Shown: positions 37,711 through 51,240, numbered from the stretch's first letter. The stretch is DNA of 64,000 nt from Hemiscyllium ocellatum (GCF_020745735.1 NC_083429.1:3077139-3141138), one strand, 5' to 3'. The notes: generated from the letters alone by a model not told the origin. Numbers and translations are program-made.

Positions 37711-38255
37711 TCATGAACTTACTTTAGAGACATTACAAGTTTGTGATCGATTTATTTGTAACTGGAGAAGTGGCTAGAAGAGAACTACAGCTGTAAAGTC
37801 TGACCTTTACCAAGTCATAAATAATGGTTTATTCAGCAACAACACTGACCCAGTGGTGGAGACTCAGTGTATTATGAAGCTGGTAGTGGGCAGGTTTGTT
37901 GATGGAGACAATGCCAAGGAATACATCAGTTCAACGCAAAAAGGGTCCTCACAGTTTTGTTTCAGATATTTGTGAGGGAGATGTGGGAAATTTGTGGATA
38001 ATGAGTGGAATTTATAATGAAACTAAATACAGAAGATTCTATCTTTACCAGATATAGATAACAAAAAAAAATGAAGTTCAACATGGTTGATGCAATCAAT
38101 AAATAGATAGAGATGGAAAAACTTCCCAGGATCACGAACAATAATGAGGGTGGGGTAATATCCTGCCCGCATAATCATCAGTACAGCCAATATTTGCAAT
38201 GATAATGTTGACCCAGACCAGGAAACCCAGAAGAGCCCATTGGTAAGCCCCTGTA

Positions 38256-38423
38256 CATTGTTGTAATATTCCAGTCTATTGTTCTCAGATTCTGGTCCTT
38301 TATTGGAGCATTCCAGTCTAACGTTCTTAGGTTCTGATCCATTGTTGCAACATTCCTGTCAAATATTCTCAAGTTATGATCCATTACTGGAAATTTCCAG
38401 TCTGTTATTCGCAGATTCTGATC
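38256..38423. repeat. 42-bp tandem repeat, 4 copies
   Basis: Units start at 38256, 38298, 38340 and 38382 (CATTGTTG.AA.ATTCCAGTCTA.TGTTCTCAGATTCTGATC). Confidence 0.9.
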
Positions 38424-39332
38424 TCTCCTCTCCCTGTCTCTGTAGCTGATGACTCCGTTAGTGTCGGAGGTGGTGTATCTGATGCTACCACGGGAAAAGG
38501 CACTGAAAGAAGTCCCTTACTGATAGGAGAGTGAAGGCCTCTATTGGCACAGCTGAATCCATGGAGACTAACATTAATCACAGTTACTGAACCAACAGTT
38601 CCAGTTAACCCTTTCACGACAGCACTTGCAGCTCACATTAACAACTGGACTAGTTTTGATGTCGACGTCTCCAGCTGTTAACCACATCCCCAAACACTAA
38701 TTGCTCCAACAAAGTCAATGGTGAGGTGAGGGCGGAGTGGGAGTTATGGATGTTTTCTTTTTGCACGTTAGAATATTCTGCTGTGCTGTTCATTTACAAT
38801 GTTGTAATGGCTTGCAGCCCCAAAAATCACACAGTCAAGTTGTCGTTATTGTCCTGTTCTCTCTTCCGCAAGAACAACTAAAAACCTAAAGTTTGTCACT
38901 GGGCATAGTTGCTGTTGACTTACAGAAGAAGCTTGGATTCGTCTGGACATGACACTAACTGCTGTCTGAAGGCAACGCTGTAATGTCAACGCACAATGCG
39001 CTTCAGGTATTTTTAAAATCAACAAGCATCTTATTGCTGTTTTATTCGCTTTAAAACAGTGAGATTTGCATTTTTTTTTACTTCAGTCCAGAGAAAAAAA
39101 ATGAAATGTACAAAGTCCTTGTTCATTAATACCCCTGGATTAATGAGCCAGGGACAGAATGAAAATAACATTAGTTAGGAGACAGAAAGAAATGGGAGCA
39201 GTGGTTGTGGAGATTTGAGGGGTATACAACGATAATACGCCAGTCACCATCACACTTTCTGACAGACAGAATGAAATGCAACTCAGAACAACGAAACTGA
39301 TTGCATTTGAGCAAAAGAACGCTCTTTGCTGA

Positions 39333-39630
39333 TGTGGCTCTGTGGGACAGTGATTTGCTCTGCATTTGTACAGTGCTAGGGCCTGGTTCGATTCCAACCT
39401 CAGACGAATATCTGTGTGGTGTTTGCATATTCTCCCCAGATCTGCATGAACTTCATCTCACAGTTCAGAGGTATGCAGATTAGGTGAAATGGCCAATCTA
39501 ATCCTCTCATTGTGTTCACCAATGTGTAGGTTAGGTACAATAGTGAGGGGTCAATATCGGGGGTAGATGAATGGGTTTGGACAGGTTACTCTTCCAAGAA
39601 CCTGTTTCCACGCTACATACATTCGATGAA
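39333..39630 (+). mobile_element. HE1-type SINE, old
   Basis: GTGGCTCTGTGG...GGTTCGATTCC (box B)...TCTGTGTGGTGTTTGCATATTCTCCCC. Confidence 0.8.
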
Positions 39631-39719
39631 TATGAACAGGGCAACTTCAAATAGAAAGAATAGTATGCTACATAATTATTTTAATCACTGGATATACAGT
39701 TTGGCAGGGTTGTGCACAT

Positions 39720-41485
39720 ATAGAACATAGAATATTACAGTGCAGTACAGACCCTTCTGCCCTCGTGTTGCGCCGACCTATGAAACCAATCTGAAGCCCA
39801 TCTCACCTACACTACTCTATTTTTCACCCATACGACTATCCGATGATCCCTTAAATGGCCTTAAAGTTGTCGAGTCTACTCTTGTTGCAGGCAGTGCTTT
39901 CCACAGGGCTGCTACTCTCTGAGTAAAGAAACGCCCTCCGACCTCTGTCTTATATCCATTAAAGCTATTATCGTGCTAACTATTACAATCCAAGCAAAAA
40001 GGCTCTCGCTATCCAGCCATGCCTGAATTAACTCACCTCTCAACATTCTCTCAAACGAAAACAGCCTCAGGTCCCTTAGCCTTTTCTGGTAAGACCATAT
40101 CTCCATACCAGGCAACAACCTCGTAAAGCTTCTCTCAATCCTTTCCAAATATTCTACATTCTTCCATGAATGAGGTGACCAGAACTGTATTCAACAGTCT
40201 AAGTGCGGCTGCACCAGGTTTTTGTACAGCTGCAGCATGACCTCGGGACTCTGAAACAAAACCCCTCTACTAATAAAAGCAGACACACCATATGCCTACT
40301 GAATAACACAATCAAACTGGGTAATTACTTTCAGGGATCTATGTACATGGCCACTGATGAATCTCTACTCATCTACACTACCAAGAATCTTACCAAGAGC
40401 TCAATACTGTTGCTCCATTCAAAGTGAATCACCTTATATTTTTTCCACATTGCATTCCATTTTCCACCTCACAGCCCAGCCTCCAAATTATCTGTGTCCT
40501 GCTGTAATTCATAACATCCTTTGGCACAATCCACAACTCCAGTGACCTTAGCGTCATCTGCAAGCTGACAAACCCATCCTTCTACGCCATCATCCAGATC
40601 GTTAATAAAAATGACAAAGAGCAGTGGGCCCAAAACAGATCCTTGTGGTACACCACCAGTATCTGAACTCCAGGATGAACATGTTCGATCAGCCACCACC
40701 CTCTGTTTTCTTTCAGCTAGCCAATTGCTGATCCAAATCACTAAATTACCCTCAAATCCATGCCTCCATTTTTTTTGCAATAGCCTACTGTGGGGAACTT
40801 TACCAAACGCTTTACAAACATTCACCTGTTTAGTAACCTTCTCAAAAAATCTATAATCTTTGTGAGGCACGACCTACCCTTCAACAAACCGTGTTGATTA
40901 TCCCTAATTAAATTGCTCCTTTCTAGATGAGTGCAAACCCTATTTCTTTACGATTTCAATACTTTACCCACAACCAAAGTAACGCTCACTGGTCTATAAT
41001 TAGACTCTACACACCTTCTTGAAAAAGGTAACAACACTTGCTGTCCTCCAGCCTTCTGTTACTATTCCTGTAGACAATGACAACATAAAGATCAAAACCA
41101 AAGGCTCTGCAATCTCCTCTCTGTCCTCCAAGAGAATCCAAGGATAGATCCCAACTGGCACAGGGGAGTTATCTATTTTTGCATTTTCCAGAATTACTAA
41201 AATGTCTTCCTTGTGAATCAACATCCTATCTAATCTACTGTCCTGTATCTCAGGATTCTCCTCAACAAAATTGACTTTTTTCTAGTGTGAATGCTGACGA
41301 AAAGTATTCAATTAGAGCTTTCCCTATCTCCTCTGACTCGAAGCACAACTTCTTACGACTATATTTGATAGGCACTAATCTTACTCTGTTTATTATTTTA
41401 TTCCTGATATAACTATCGAAAGACTTTGGATTTTCCCTGACCCAAACCACCAATGACTTCTCATGTCCCCTCCTGGCTCTTCGAT
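39720..41485 (-). mobile_element. CR1 LINE ORF2 3' half
   Basis: ORF 40469-40870 GVPQGSVLGPLLFVIFINDLD...LADD; CATAGAA tail at 39718. Confidence 0.95.
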
Positions 41486-41789
41486 GCACAGACTATTCAG
41501 AATTAAAAACAGCAACATGGATAACACAATGTGCAGGGCCATGGCAAGAATACAGAACATCTGTAGAATCATAGCTCAGTACTAGCTGATGCATAGAGGT
41601 TGACTCCAGTAACCACCGCCTTTGTTATAATAATGATATAGGATTCTGAAGTGTTAAAAGAAACTATTCAGCCCAACGAGCTGACATTGATCAGCTGAGG
41701 AACATTGCACCAGACCCCCCCCCCCCACTCCCCTCCGACACGATCCCTCTATCTCCCAGAATTAAAGCAAGTAGTTTCAGATGAGTACT

Positions 41790-41925
41790 TTTTCATGGTC
41801 AATTGGGAAGAATCAAAAACACCTGGACAAAACACCTGCAGACAGTGGCCCAAGGGTGGAATTGTGCACAGGTTCCCAGGTGCTTCGAGACAGCCATGCT
41901 AACCGCTGAGCCTCCATGCCTCCCT
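41790..41925 (-). mobile_element. HE1-like SINE head
   Basis: Reverse complement reads GGAGGCTCAGCGGTTAGCATGGCTG...TGCAGGTGTTTTGTCC. Confidence 0.6.
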
Positions 41926-41960
41926 CCCAAATATGCCACTATGCTAGTGTATACAAGCGA

Positions 41961-42155
41961 ACATGGAAATCTCAAATACAAATGGAAAGTATTGGTGAAA
42001 CACAGCCGATAAGTCATAATCTAGAGAGTGAAACAGTTAACATATTGAGACGAACATGATTCTGTTCTGGAAATGTCATATTGGACTCCAAACTTCAATT
42101 CTCTTTCCGCTCAGATGCAGCTGGACTTGTTGCAGTTTTCCAGCACTTCCAACTT
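41961..42155. mobile_element. Old fold-back PLE-derived mini element
   Basis: Inverted arms meet at a decayed hammerhead (TTCTGGAAATGTCATATTGGACTCCAAAC). Confidence 0.55.
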
Positions 42156-44109
42156 CCTTTTCTTTCAGAGTGTGGATGTTTATCTGATCTAAAAGGGAGC
42201 AGTGGAGCTGCCATTCCAGTGAACTCTCTTGTATTTGGTTACGGTCATAGAATGAAAATTAAAAACTTTTTGTTTGGAAGTGCCATAAATATCAATAGTA
42301 TTTTCCGTGTCATCAATCACCATGAAAATGTTGACCTCAGAGATCATGAATCACATGATCAATCCTCTATAAGTAACCAATTAAATTAAGGATCCCAGTC
42401 ATTGCCTCAATGTCATATCATGCTCCTGGTGTCACTGGGGTCATACTCATTCAGCAAGGTGTTACATTTCTGAAACTTTGGATGAAACTGTGGAAACAAG
42501 AGGTAAATTGGTACAGGACGTAGTCATCCAAGGGTTCTGGAAGGAACTAGCATGGGCAGATTTTACTTGTCAAACACAATCACTCAGGAGAAGGCGACAG
42601 GGAGCAGTCTACTTCAATTTCTTCTGTCCAAGTGATGCACATGCACACAGAGCTGTTTGTAGGCACATTCCAACTTGTTTTGACAACTGGTAAGGAAGGA
42701 ACAGCAAATTAGTCCCTCGTCAGTATGACATGTAACTTGGAAGATAACTTGTAGGGATTGTTTTCACATTGTTCCCATTACCAGTGCATAATGTTCTCTA
42801 ATTCACATTAATCGCAGTTTTGCTCAAGGTCCCTGATTCCACCCTCAGTCAAGGCCTGCTTCGATTGAAAGGGAAGTCTCGCTGCTCTCAAATTGCAAAG
42901 AAAGATCAGTTGAAAGAATAAGGAGCAAAATACAAGTATACTGTGTGTTTGAACAACATCCTCACAATATGTAAAAGATAATTGATACATGGACTTTCAA
43001 TCCTGTCTCAAGACGTGTATCCTGTTAGCGATGAGGCTTTTTGGTTAAGATTTGTGATAGAGGGTCAGGAAGAAACTACCAATAGTAAACAAAGCCATTT
43101 TGTTCACGGTGCATCAGATAATGGCATGTTTTCTATTGCTGTTGGACAGTGATCATTCCAAACTCACCATTCATGATGACAAGTAGTAGCCAAAAGTCAG
43201 CAATTTCCAGTATTTAGTATGAGAGCAAAAAGCGAAAGGGAGAGTCAGGGAAAGTGGGACTGACAGGGAAGTAGTGTGATACGCAGTGCGGGAAGTGTAA
43301 AGGGAGATGGTCAGTGGAAGGGTATGTCGCAGCAGAAGGGGCAATGCAAGGGAAGTAGGTGGGTAAGAAAGAGTAGGAAGGGAGAGGAGGAGGTGTGTCA
43401 CAATGAGCATCAGTGGCAGGGAAAAGCATGCAGTTGGAAAGCTGAGATTGATGGAAATCAAACATCACTGTAAAAGAAAGTTGGTATCTGGTATCCTTTA
43501 AAAATTAGGAAAAGGTTTCGCATACTTCTTTATGCACAGGATGCTTGTACATCTACTCTGCATGCCTGTATTTCCATCAAATACAGACATTTTGTGTTCT
43601 CCCAAATTCACTACCTTATCAGTCTGTCACTTAATGTCAATAGACAATATCCAGAACAGTGGGTGTTTTTCTATGATATTGCTTCCAATTCAAGGTAGAA
43701 ATGAGAATTTGGGTTGATCTTCTATTGCTTGCTTATAATGCAGAATGTAATGTAATGATTTCCCTCATCAGCCTAGCTCTTTCAAACAAACTTAATGAAT
43801 GAGCCTGCGTCCATCCTGCAGATTAAAAAATTCCCTCTGCACTGACTATTGTAGGGAATTCTATAAAGAATGTGCTGCAGGACCACGCAAAATGGAAATG
43901 TTGCAGTGCACAGTGCCAAACTCTAGTCCAAGATGAATGATTTACAAGCCTTATGAATAATACACGCAGAGGGCAGGAGTATACAAATAGAATTCTTTTC
44001 TATGTCCAAAATGGTATTTGTGGCTCCCTAAGAAAAGCCCTCCCCTGCATCATTCTGCAAATTCACCAAAAGAGGAAAAACTAGAGATTGTAGTTATTAA
44101 TTCGTCCTC

Positions 44110-44710
44110 TGCAGCAACGTCCGTAGAACAGGTTGAAAATCAAGTTTTGGTTCTGATATTCACAAACGTTGATGATAAGAATGTTGGAAATGGTGTGGGG
44201 GGTGTTAGAGCACGATAAACAATGTTGTGGATGACACAATGATTTTTCCCGTGGTTCACAGTGAGGACGAAAGTGTTAGATTACAGGAGGGAACAAAGGG
44301 ATGGTTCAAATGGCCAGATCAATGAGCGGAAAACTTAACACTGCAATATGTGAGGTGCTACACTTTGAAAGAAGTAAAAAAAACAAGAGAGTACTCAAAC
44401 CATGAAGATTAGCTAGAATTTATTTTTCTTTACTTTGGAGCACGGAAGGTTGTGGGGTGAACCTGACAGAGGTGTGTAACAGCACGAGAGGTATAGACAG
44501 AGGGAAGAGACAGCAACTGTTTCACTTAGTCAAACGGTTAAATACAAAGGTGCACATGTTTAAAGGGAAAGACAAGAGATTGAGTGAGGATTTTTGAAAT
44601 GTGTTTGAACCCGGGGGTGATATGCTTCTTGAATGCAATGCCTGTGAGGGTGGTTGAGGAAGGAAACCGTACAAACTTGGCAAAGCACTTGTATCAGCAC
44701 TTGATGGTGA
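44110..44710 (+). mobile_element. Old CR1 3' fragment
   Basis: Decayed DDT, CEVLHF and LWGEPDR (RLRGDL) motifs. Confidence 0.7.
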
Positions 44711-46109
44711 CAGATTTGATATAAATCTTCTTTATTATACGATTCCATGATATATTGTGAAGCACCACTCAATGGCAATTGTTGGTTTGTTCCATCGAAA
44801 TGTGCTCAGTAAGTGGGGAGGTTACAAAACCGCATCATCCCATGAAGCATCAGCACTTACTAAACCGAGGACAGCCCAGCCATCTCTGAAAATATCCAAG
44901 ATACTTCCCATGCTCAACGTAAGTTTCGTTCACTAAGCCCACCAATATTATTCCAGCTGTTTGACACCATTATTTGAAGGACACCAATAACATAGAAACA
45001 AACTTTCCCTCATTGCTTTATAGACTTCTAGTTGTCAGGTTGTTATTTCTCTGCAGAATCATGAATTCCTTGCCACATATTCGCTTTGACAAAGAGTCAG
45101 TTTTCCTGTGTTTTTCTGCCAGCTGTTCATCACAATACAGCGGCTTGTTTAACACTACATCCACCACCAGTAATACTTACTCCCAGCTAAACTGGCTCAT
45201 GAGATGCACAACTGGCACTCCCTCCCAACAACTACTTGGATGGGCCAACACCAACTGGACTGAACCTTCTCAACGGCAATTACTGTTGGACTAGATCCAT
45301 TAAAATCCCAAATGAATTTTTGAATAATCCAACTTCCTAATACTAATTGAACAATGTAACCATGTTTATTGATCTGATGAACTTGTTGCGGACTTTGAAG
45401 TAGTGTGATGCATTTGCAGAAATCATTTCGTGAATATATTGAAATGAAAGGCCAATTGACAGCCCAGGTCACGAATAATACGTGTTAATGCAGCATTTAA
45501 TCAGCAGCTGAATGAGCACAAAATTCCAGAGCAGAATGGGCAATGCACCTTGATGTAACTTTCATGAATGTTGTTTGGTGTTTTCTAGCTGGTGTAGACA
45601 TGTTGCGCTGAATGGCTTGTTTGTGTGCCAAAAGACTCAATCACTTTAATTCTTGAAAACAGAAAATAGTTTCACCATTTCCATAGCTTGTGCACATAGA
45701 TTTGTGAAGAATATAATCTCCAAGGTCACATTGCATCCGGACTTGAATCGAAACCATTGTCCCTTCACTGTCGCATGTTCAGACTCCTGTAGCGAACTCT
45801 GAAATAAAAAATGTTAGTGTTCCTGCACCACGAAGACCACTGGGGTTCACTAACACATTATGAATGGAAATTAGACATTGCTAACGAAACCCTCCTCACA
45901 AGGAAGGAAGCTGCACTAGTAAGACATCTATTCGACATTATCTAATTTCTAAAGCAATTTTAAAGGAGTTTTTCACTTGTTTAAAAATCATATTTGGAAA
46001 GTTGTGCCCATCAATCTAAAAGGAAAATCTTCATGTTCATGGGAATGGTCTCCTATTTTTTAGGTAGCTGAAGACAACAAAAATGTAGAAACTATCATCA
46101 AGCGTAAGT

Positions 46110-46800
46110 GTTCCTTCTTTGCCCTTACAACGTTAGTGTGTCATTTTTAGTCAAGAATCTGCCTGCCCCTGCCATAGGGATATTCAATGTCCTAGCCTTC
46201 ATCGCTCTCTAGGAAGAGAGTTTTGCAAATACACAACACTTTGAGCGGATTGAAACAACCCACATCTTATGAAATGAGATATTTTGCAGTTTTACTTTCC
46301 ATCCACTTATTGTAATCTCTCATACAAACTGACCTATCATTTCAGAATTCAACTTAAAAAACACTACTCGGGTTATTCCGAGATTAAACAAGATCACATA
46401 TTGTCCAGCTAAACTCCAGGCGATCCAGCGTCAATCTGGTCAATATTTCCTCCTGAAACACAATTCTCCACAGGAGTCAGTTGAACAAATCTTCTCTGCA
46501 CTCCTTTGCATGTCATTATGGCCATAGCTCTTTCGATGTGTTCTCACCAGCACCCTGTAAAACTGTAGAAAATTCTTCCTTCTTCTGAATGAATTCTGTT
46601 TCAAAAAAGTTTCAACATTTGTCTGGCCTTTCTAAAACCTTGATGTACCAAATCTTTATCCTGTGATCCAGGTGCCTGATTCGTCTGTGCCTCCATCCAA
46701 TCTCTCTGTTTAAATAATTCGTGCGTTTCCATTAAACTTCAAACATATTTGAACACAGACACTTTCTATGCTCCATACACCAATATTTGTTGTTCAGTTG
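46110..46800 (-). mobile_element. Very old CR1 3' fragment
   Basis: Decayed antisense tail and RT motifs. Confidence 0.5.
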
Positions 46801-47329
46801 ACCAACTTATATCTCTTTATTAACTCGTGTCTTCTTCATATACAAATTAAAACAAAAAAAGTAAAAATGTTGCATTGCCAATTCCAGAACGTTAGCGGGA
46901 CCCACGTGCTGATTTCTCCTTCTTACAATGGACTTGGAGGTATCTTCTGCTTTAGTGGTTATTCTCGATATACTATGCTAAGTGATTATCATTCTTCAGA
47001 GTCATCACCTCATTTTAGGACGATATGGAGGATCTGTCAACAGAATGACCATGTTGGATAATCAGACCCAACCAAGGGTTGGCGCATTGATTGCACACGG
47101 GCGGCATTCCGTTGTCTCATTCAAATTCAACTCCAGGTTTATATTGCAGGGTCTGTAGCTGTCACGTTTGTTTACAAACCGTCTGTGGGTAGCAGCAGCC
47201 TGTCTGGATTCTGCATGTGGATTAGCACAGGGAGTTTACTCAAGGCCGGGATCCATTTCCCAGCATGTTTAAACCTTGTCAATTTTTGTAACTCCATGGT
47301 AATTTGTTATTGTCCATCATAAGTTCATT

Positions 47330-47990
47330 ATTTCAGGTGGTAAGACTGGTCAGAAAGGCAAGTACAATGATGAGATTTATTTTGAGAGGACTTGTATATA
47401 AAAACACGGATGTACTTCTGCGACTCTATTAAGACTCGAATCAGAAAACATTTGGGTTATTGTGTGAAGGTTTGGGCCCCATATCTCAGGAAGGTTATAC
47501 TGCCCCTGGCACATGTTCAGAGGCAGTTCACAGGAAAGACCTCAGGAATGAAAAGCCTAGCATATGAGGTCTCTGGGATTAATCTCGTTGAAGTTGAGAA
47601 GGATAAGGAGATGTAATGAATCATACAAAATACTAAATGCCTGGCCAGAGTAGATGTCAGAAAGATGCTTCAATTGTTTGGAGTGAAAGGATACAAAGGC
47701 ATATTATCATTGTTAAGGGAAGACCTTTTATATCGGAGATAAAGAGAAACGTCTTCAGCAAAGTGTGATTAATCTATGGTAAGTATGGAAGTTTCCTTCC
47801 TTAAAGGACATTAGTGAACCAGACGAGATTTCCCTTACAATCGATTCATGATCACCATCAGTCTCTTAATTCCACATTTGAATTCAAGTTCCACCATCTA
47901 CCATGGCAGAATTCAAATCCAGGTCATCAGAATATTAGCTGGGTCTCTCGCTTAACAGTTCAGCGATAACACCACCGAGCCACTGCCTTG
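47330..47990. mobile_element. CR1 3' fragment (+, to 47780) followed by SacSINE1-like SINE (-, 47790-47990)
   Basis: ORF 47392 HLGYCVKVWAPYLRK; TTCCTTCCTTAAAGGACATTAGTGAACCAGA...TTGAATTCAAGTTCCACCATC. Confidence 0.75.
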
Positions 47991-47999
47991 CCCAGTTCT

Positions 48000-49450
48000 C
48001 GAGTGTGACTAACTTGTGTAATATGATTTTACTGAGACTTTTTCCTTAAGTTATTATTGATTTCCGTGTCAAATCATGGATTTGTTTTCCATTACACAAT
48101 TCCTCTTTCTCTCACCAATATGCTTTATTTGAGAGGTTATTTAATACCTCCTTGTGGCTTTACCTTTTTTTTAATCTGTTCTGCCCTTGATCGTTTTGTT
48201 TTATTCCTGGCCAGTCTACCCAAGCCAACTCCTTCCTTAGCCCAATAAAATTATCATTGGTCAACATTAAAACTGTCATATGTGACTCTGTCCTTATCCA
48301 TTCAATCTGAGTTTGAAACTATAGCATGTTGCGGTCACTGCTTCCAGGAGGATCCTTAACTGCAAGATCATTTACCAATCCTTTATTGTCACATAAATTT
48401 AAATCTGAGGTAACCCGTTCTCTGGTTGAATCCATGATATGTTGCTCTCAAAAACAATCCTTCATACAGTCTACAAATTGTTCTTCGAGGCTACCTTTGC
48501 CATGTTGATTAATTGAGTCAATATGCATGTTCATCCCACTGTTGTGCTCTTGTCACCAGCCATCATTACTTCCAAACTCAGAAATACTTTGGTTGAACAG
48601 TGACTGAAATTTACTCTTCCCAAGAGGATTCTTCTCTAGCTTTTTGTTTATGCCTGGACTGATTTACATGTCGTTCCCTCGTGCCAATATCATTTCCTAA
48701 TACAGCTTTGATATCATACTTAACCAATACGTCAATTCCACATCTTGCTCCTCCTTGTCTAACCTTCCAGAATAGTGAGTGACCTTGGACATGTCATTGC
48801 CCAGTCCTGATCTCCGTGTAACCAGCGATTGTTTCAGCAATCGCACCAGGTCAAAGTTATTTGTCTGTGTACCTATTGTCAGCTCCTCAATATTTTTCAA
48901 AATACTTTGCGCTTTTAGGTACAAAGATTTTAAATAAGGTTTTATTGGTTTGTCTTTCCCTTCTAATACTTTTTGTTCACTTGCTTTCTGATCTCACACA
49001 CTCCACTTCCTCACTTCCCCCACACTGTCCAATCTTATTTGTTTATCCCCGAGAATTATGCGCCTCATCCCTATCATTTATTCCAATCTCCAACTCACAT
49101 TTTGTATTGACATGATCCATCCTTCATCATGGTCATGAGACTGGACATGCTTGCTGTCCTATTCACCTTTACCTTCTGCTCAGTTTCTGACCTGCTGCTG
49201 TGGCTCCCAGCCTCCTGGTTTATTAGTTTAAATCCACTCAATTTCCACTAGCAAACCTACCAACAAGGATGTTGGTGCTCCTTCAGTTAAGATGCAACCT
49301 GTCCTTTTATGAAAGCTCTCACTTGCCCTGAAAGAGAACCTAATGATCCATAATTTGAAACTCTCACCCCTGTACTAGTTCTTTAACCACATGTTAAAAT
49401 ATGCCACCTTCCTACTCATTACCTCTTTTCCACGTGGCGCCTGGAGCAAT
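48000..49450 (-). mobile_element. CR1 ORF1 end / APE endonuclease fragment
   Basis: ORF 48697-48924 YLKAQSILKNIEEL (decayed YxNARSIxNKxDEL). Confidence 0.75.
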
Positions 49451-49469
49451 TCAGACATTCCAGCGGATT

Positions 49470-49471
<2 letters not shown>

Positions 49472-49518
<47 letters not shown>

Positions 49519-49625
49519 TACACACACATACTCATGCACACGTGCACAAACAGGCAGACTTATACACACAAATGAACACACAGACACACATGAGCAAACA
49601 CAGAGGCACACAGATAAACACAGAC
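49472..49625. repeat. (TC)n(CA)n compound microsatellite with degenerate CA extension
   Basis: Visible directly in the sequence. Confidence 0.95.
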
Positions 49626-50094
49626 CACATTACCTTGTAGAAGAATACCAGTAAAATTATAAATAATCAGAATGACAACTGGAATGAACGAATTAGTTAA
49701 AGGTAGGATGCGAACAATTAGGGTTACTCTTCATTAAGCAGAACGGGCAACACTGTGAACTTGTTGCACTGCTCAAAATTATATTCGTTAGCATTCCAGC
49801 GTCTCTGAGTCCTAGTTTCAAGATTGGGAGCACAAGAGCTAGGAGTGAGATAAGGAAAAACGTATTTATTGTGATATTTGTTAGAATTTAGAACGCTCTG
49901 CCTGGGAGCGTTGTGTGAAGATTCAAAAGGGAACTGGATATATGTTTGTAAGTTACAAATGTAAAGGGCGACAGAGACTGGGTAGCAAATGGGAGAAGTT
50001 TGGGAGACATTTCCGGAACTGATGCATACACAGTGGCCCAATAACCTCCTTCTGTCCATTAAAGTTCTGTACTCTATCATGTACAGATGCAAGT

Positions 50095-51240
50095 ACATGG
50101 ATTTTAGTAAGGCATTTGATAAGGTTCTCCATGGTAGGCTTATGCGGAAAGTCAGAAGGCATGGGATAGAGGGAAACTTGGCCAATTAGATAGAAAACTG
50201 GCTAACCGGAGGAAGTCAGAGAGTGGTGGCAGATGGTAAATATTCAGCCTGGAGCCCAGTTACAAGTGGCGTTCCGCAGGGATCAGTTCTGGGTCCTCTG
50301 CTGTTTGTTATTTTTATTAATGACTTGGATGAGGGAGTCGAAGGGTGGGTCAGTAAATTTGCAGATGATACGAAGATTGGTGGAGTTGTGGACAGTGAGG
50401 AGGGCTGTTGTCGGCTGCAAAGGGACTTAGATATGATGCAGAGCTGGGCTGAGGAGTGGCAGATGGAGTTCAACCCTGCCGAGTGTGAGGTTGTCCATTT
50501 TGGAAGAACAAATAAGAATGCGGAATACAGGGTTAACGCTAGGGTTCTTAGTCAGGTGGAGGAACAGAGGGATCTTGGGGTCTATGTACATATGTCTTTG
50601 AAAGTTGCCACTCAGGTGGATAGAGCTTTTAAGAAGGCCTATGCTTTATTAGCGTTCATTAGCAGAGGGATTGAATTCAAGAGTCGTGAAGTGATGTTGC
50701 AGCTGTACAGGACTTTGGTTAGGCCACATTTGGAGTACTGTGTGCAGTTCTGGTCGCCTCCCTTTAGGAAAGATGTGGAAGCTTTGGAGAGGGTGCAGAG
50801 AAGATTTACCAGATGTTGCCTGGAATGGAGAATAGGTCTTAAGAGAATAGGTTGAGAGTTCTCGGCCTTTTCTCATTGGAACGGCGAAGGATGAGGGGTG
50901 ACTTGATAGAGGTTTTTAAGATGATCAGAGGAATAGATAGAGTAGACAGTCAGAAATTTTTCCCCCGGGTACAACAGAGTGTTAAAAGGGAACATAAATT
51001 TAAGGTGAAGGGTGGAAGGTATAGGGGAGATGTCAGGGGTGGGTTCTTTACCAAGAGAGTGGTGGGGGCATGGAATGCGCTGCCCGTGGGAATGGTAGAC
51101 TCAGAATCATTGGCGACCTTTAAGCGGCAATTGGATAGGTACATCGATGGGTGCTTAATCTAGGATAAATGTTCGGCACAACATCGTGGGCCGAAGGGCC
51201 TGTTCTGTGCTGTATTTTTCTATGTTCTATGTTCTATGTT
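50095..51240 (+). mobile_element. Young 5'-truncated CR1/HER1 LINE
   Basis: ORFs 49989-50189, 50223-50855 (GVPQGSVLGP, FADD) and 50852-51163 are separated only by a stop and a frameshift; (TTCTATG)n tail. Confidence 0.97.
50223..51163 (+). pseudogene. CR1 reverse transcriptase C-terminal half, frameshifted
   Basis: SGVPQGSVLGPLLFVIFINDL...SKFADDTK...LVRPHLEYCVQFWSP. Confidence 0.95.

Noticed and set aside
44974-45294. 106-aa ORF with a polypyrimidine-AG site
   Set aside because: The 3' half matches the decayed LINE tail also seen at 36800-36930.
46064-46110. Plus-strand 39-nt AG...GTAAGT segment
   Set aside because: Stop codons in all three frames; at most a non-coding exon or a chance match.
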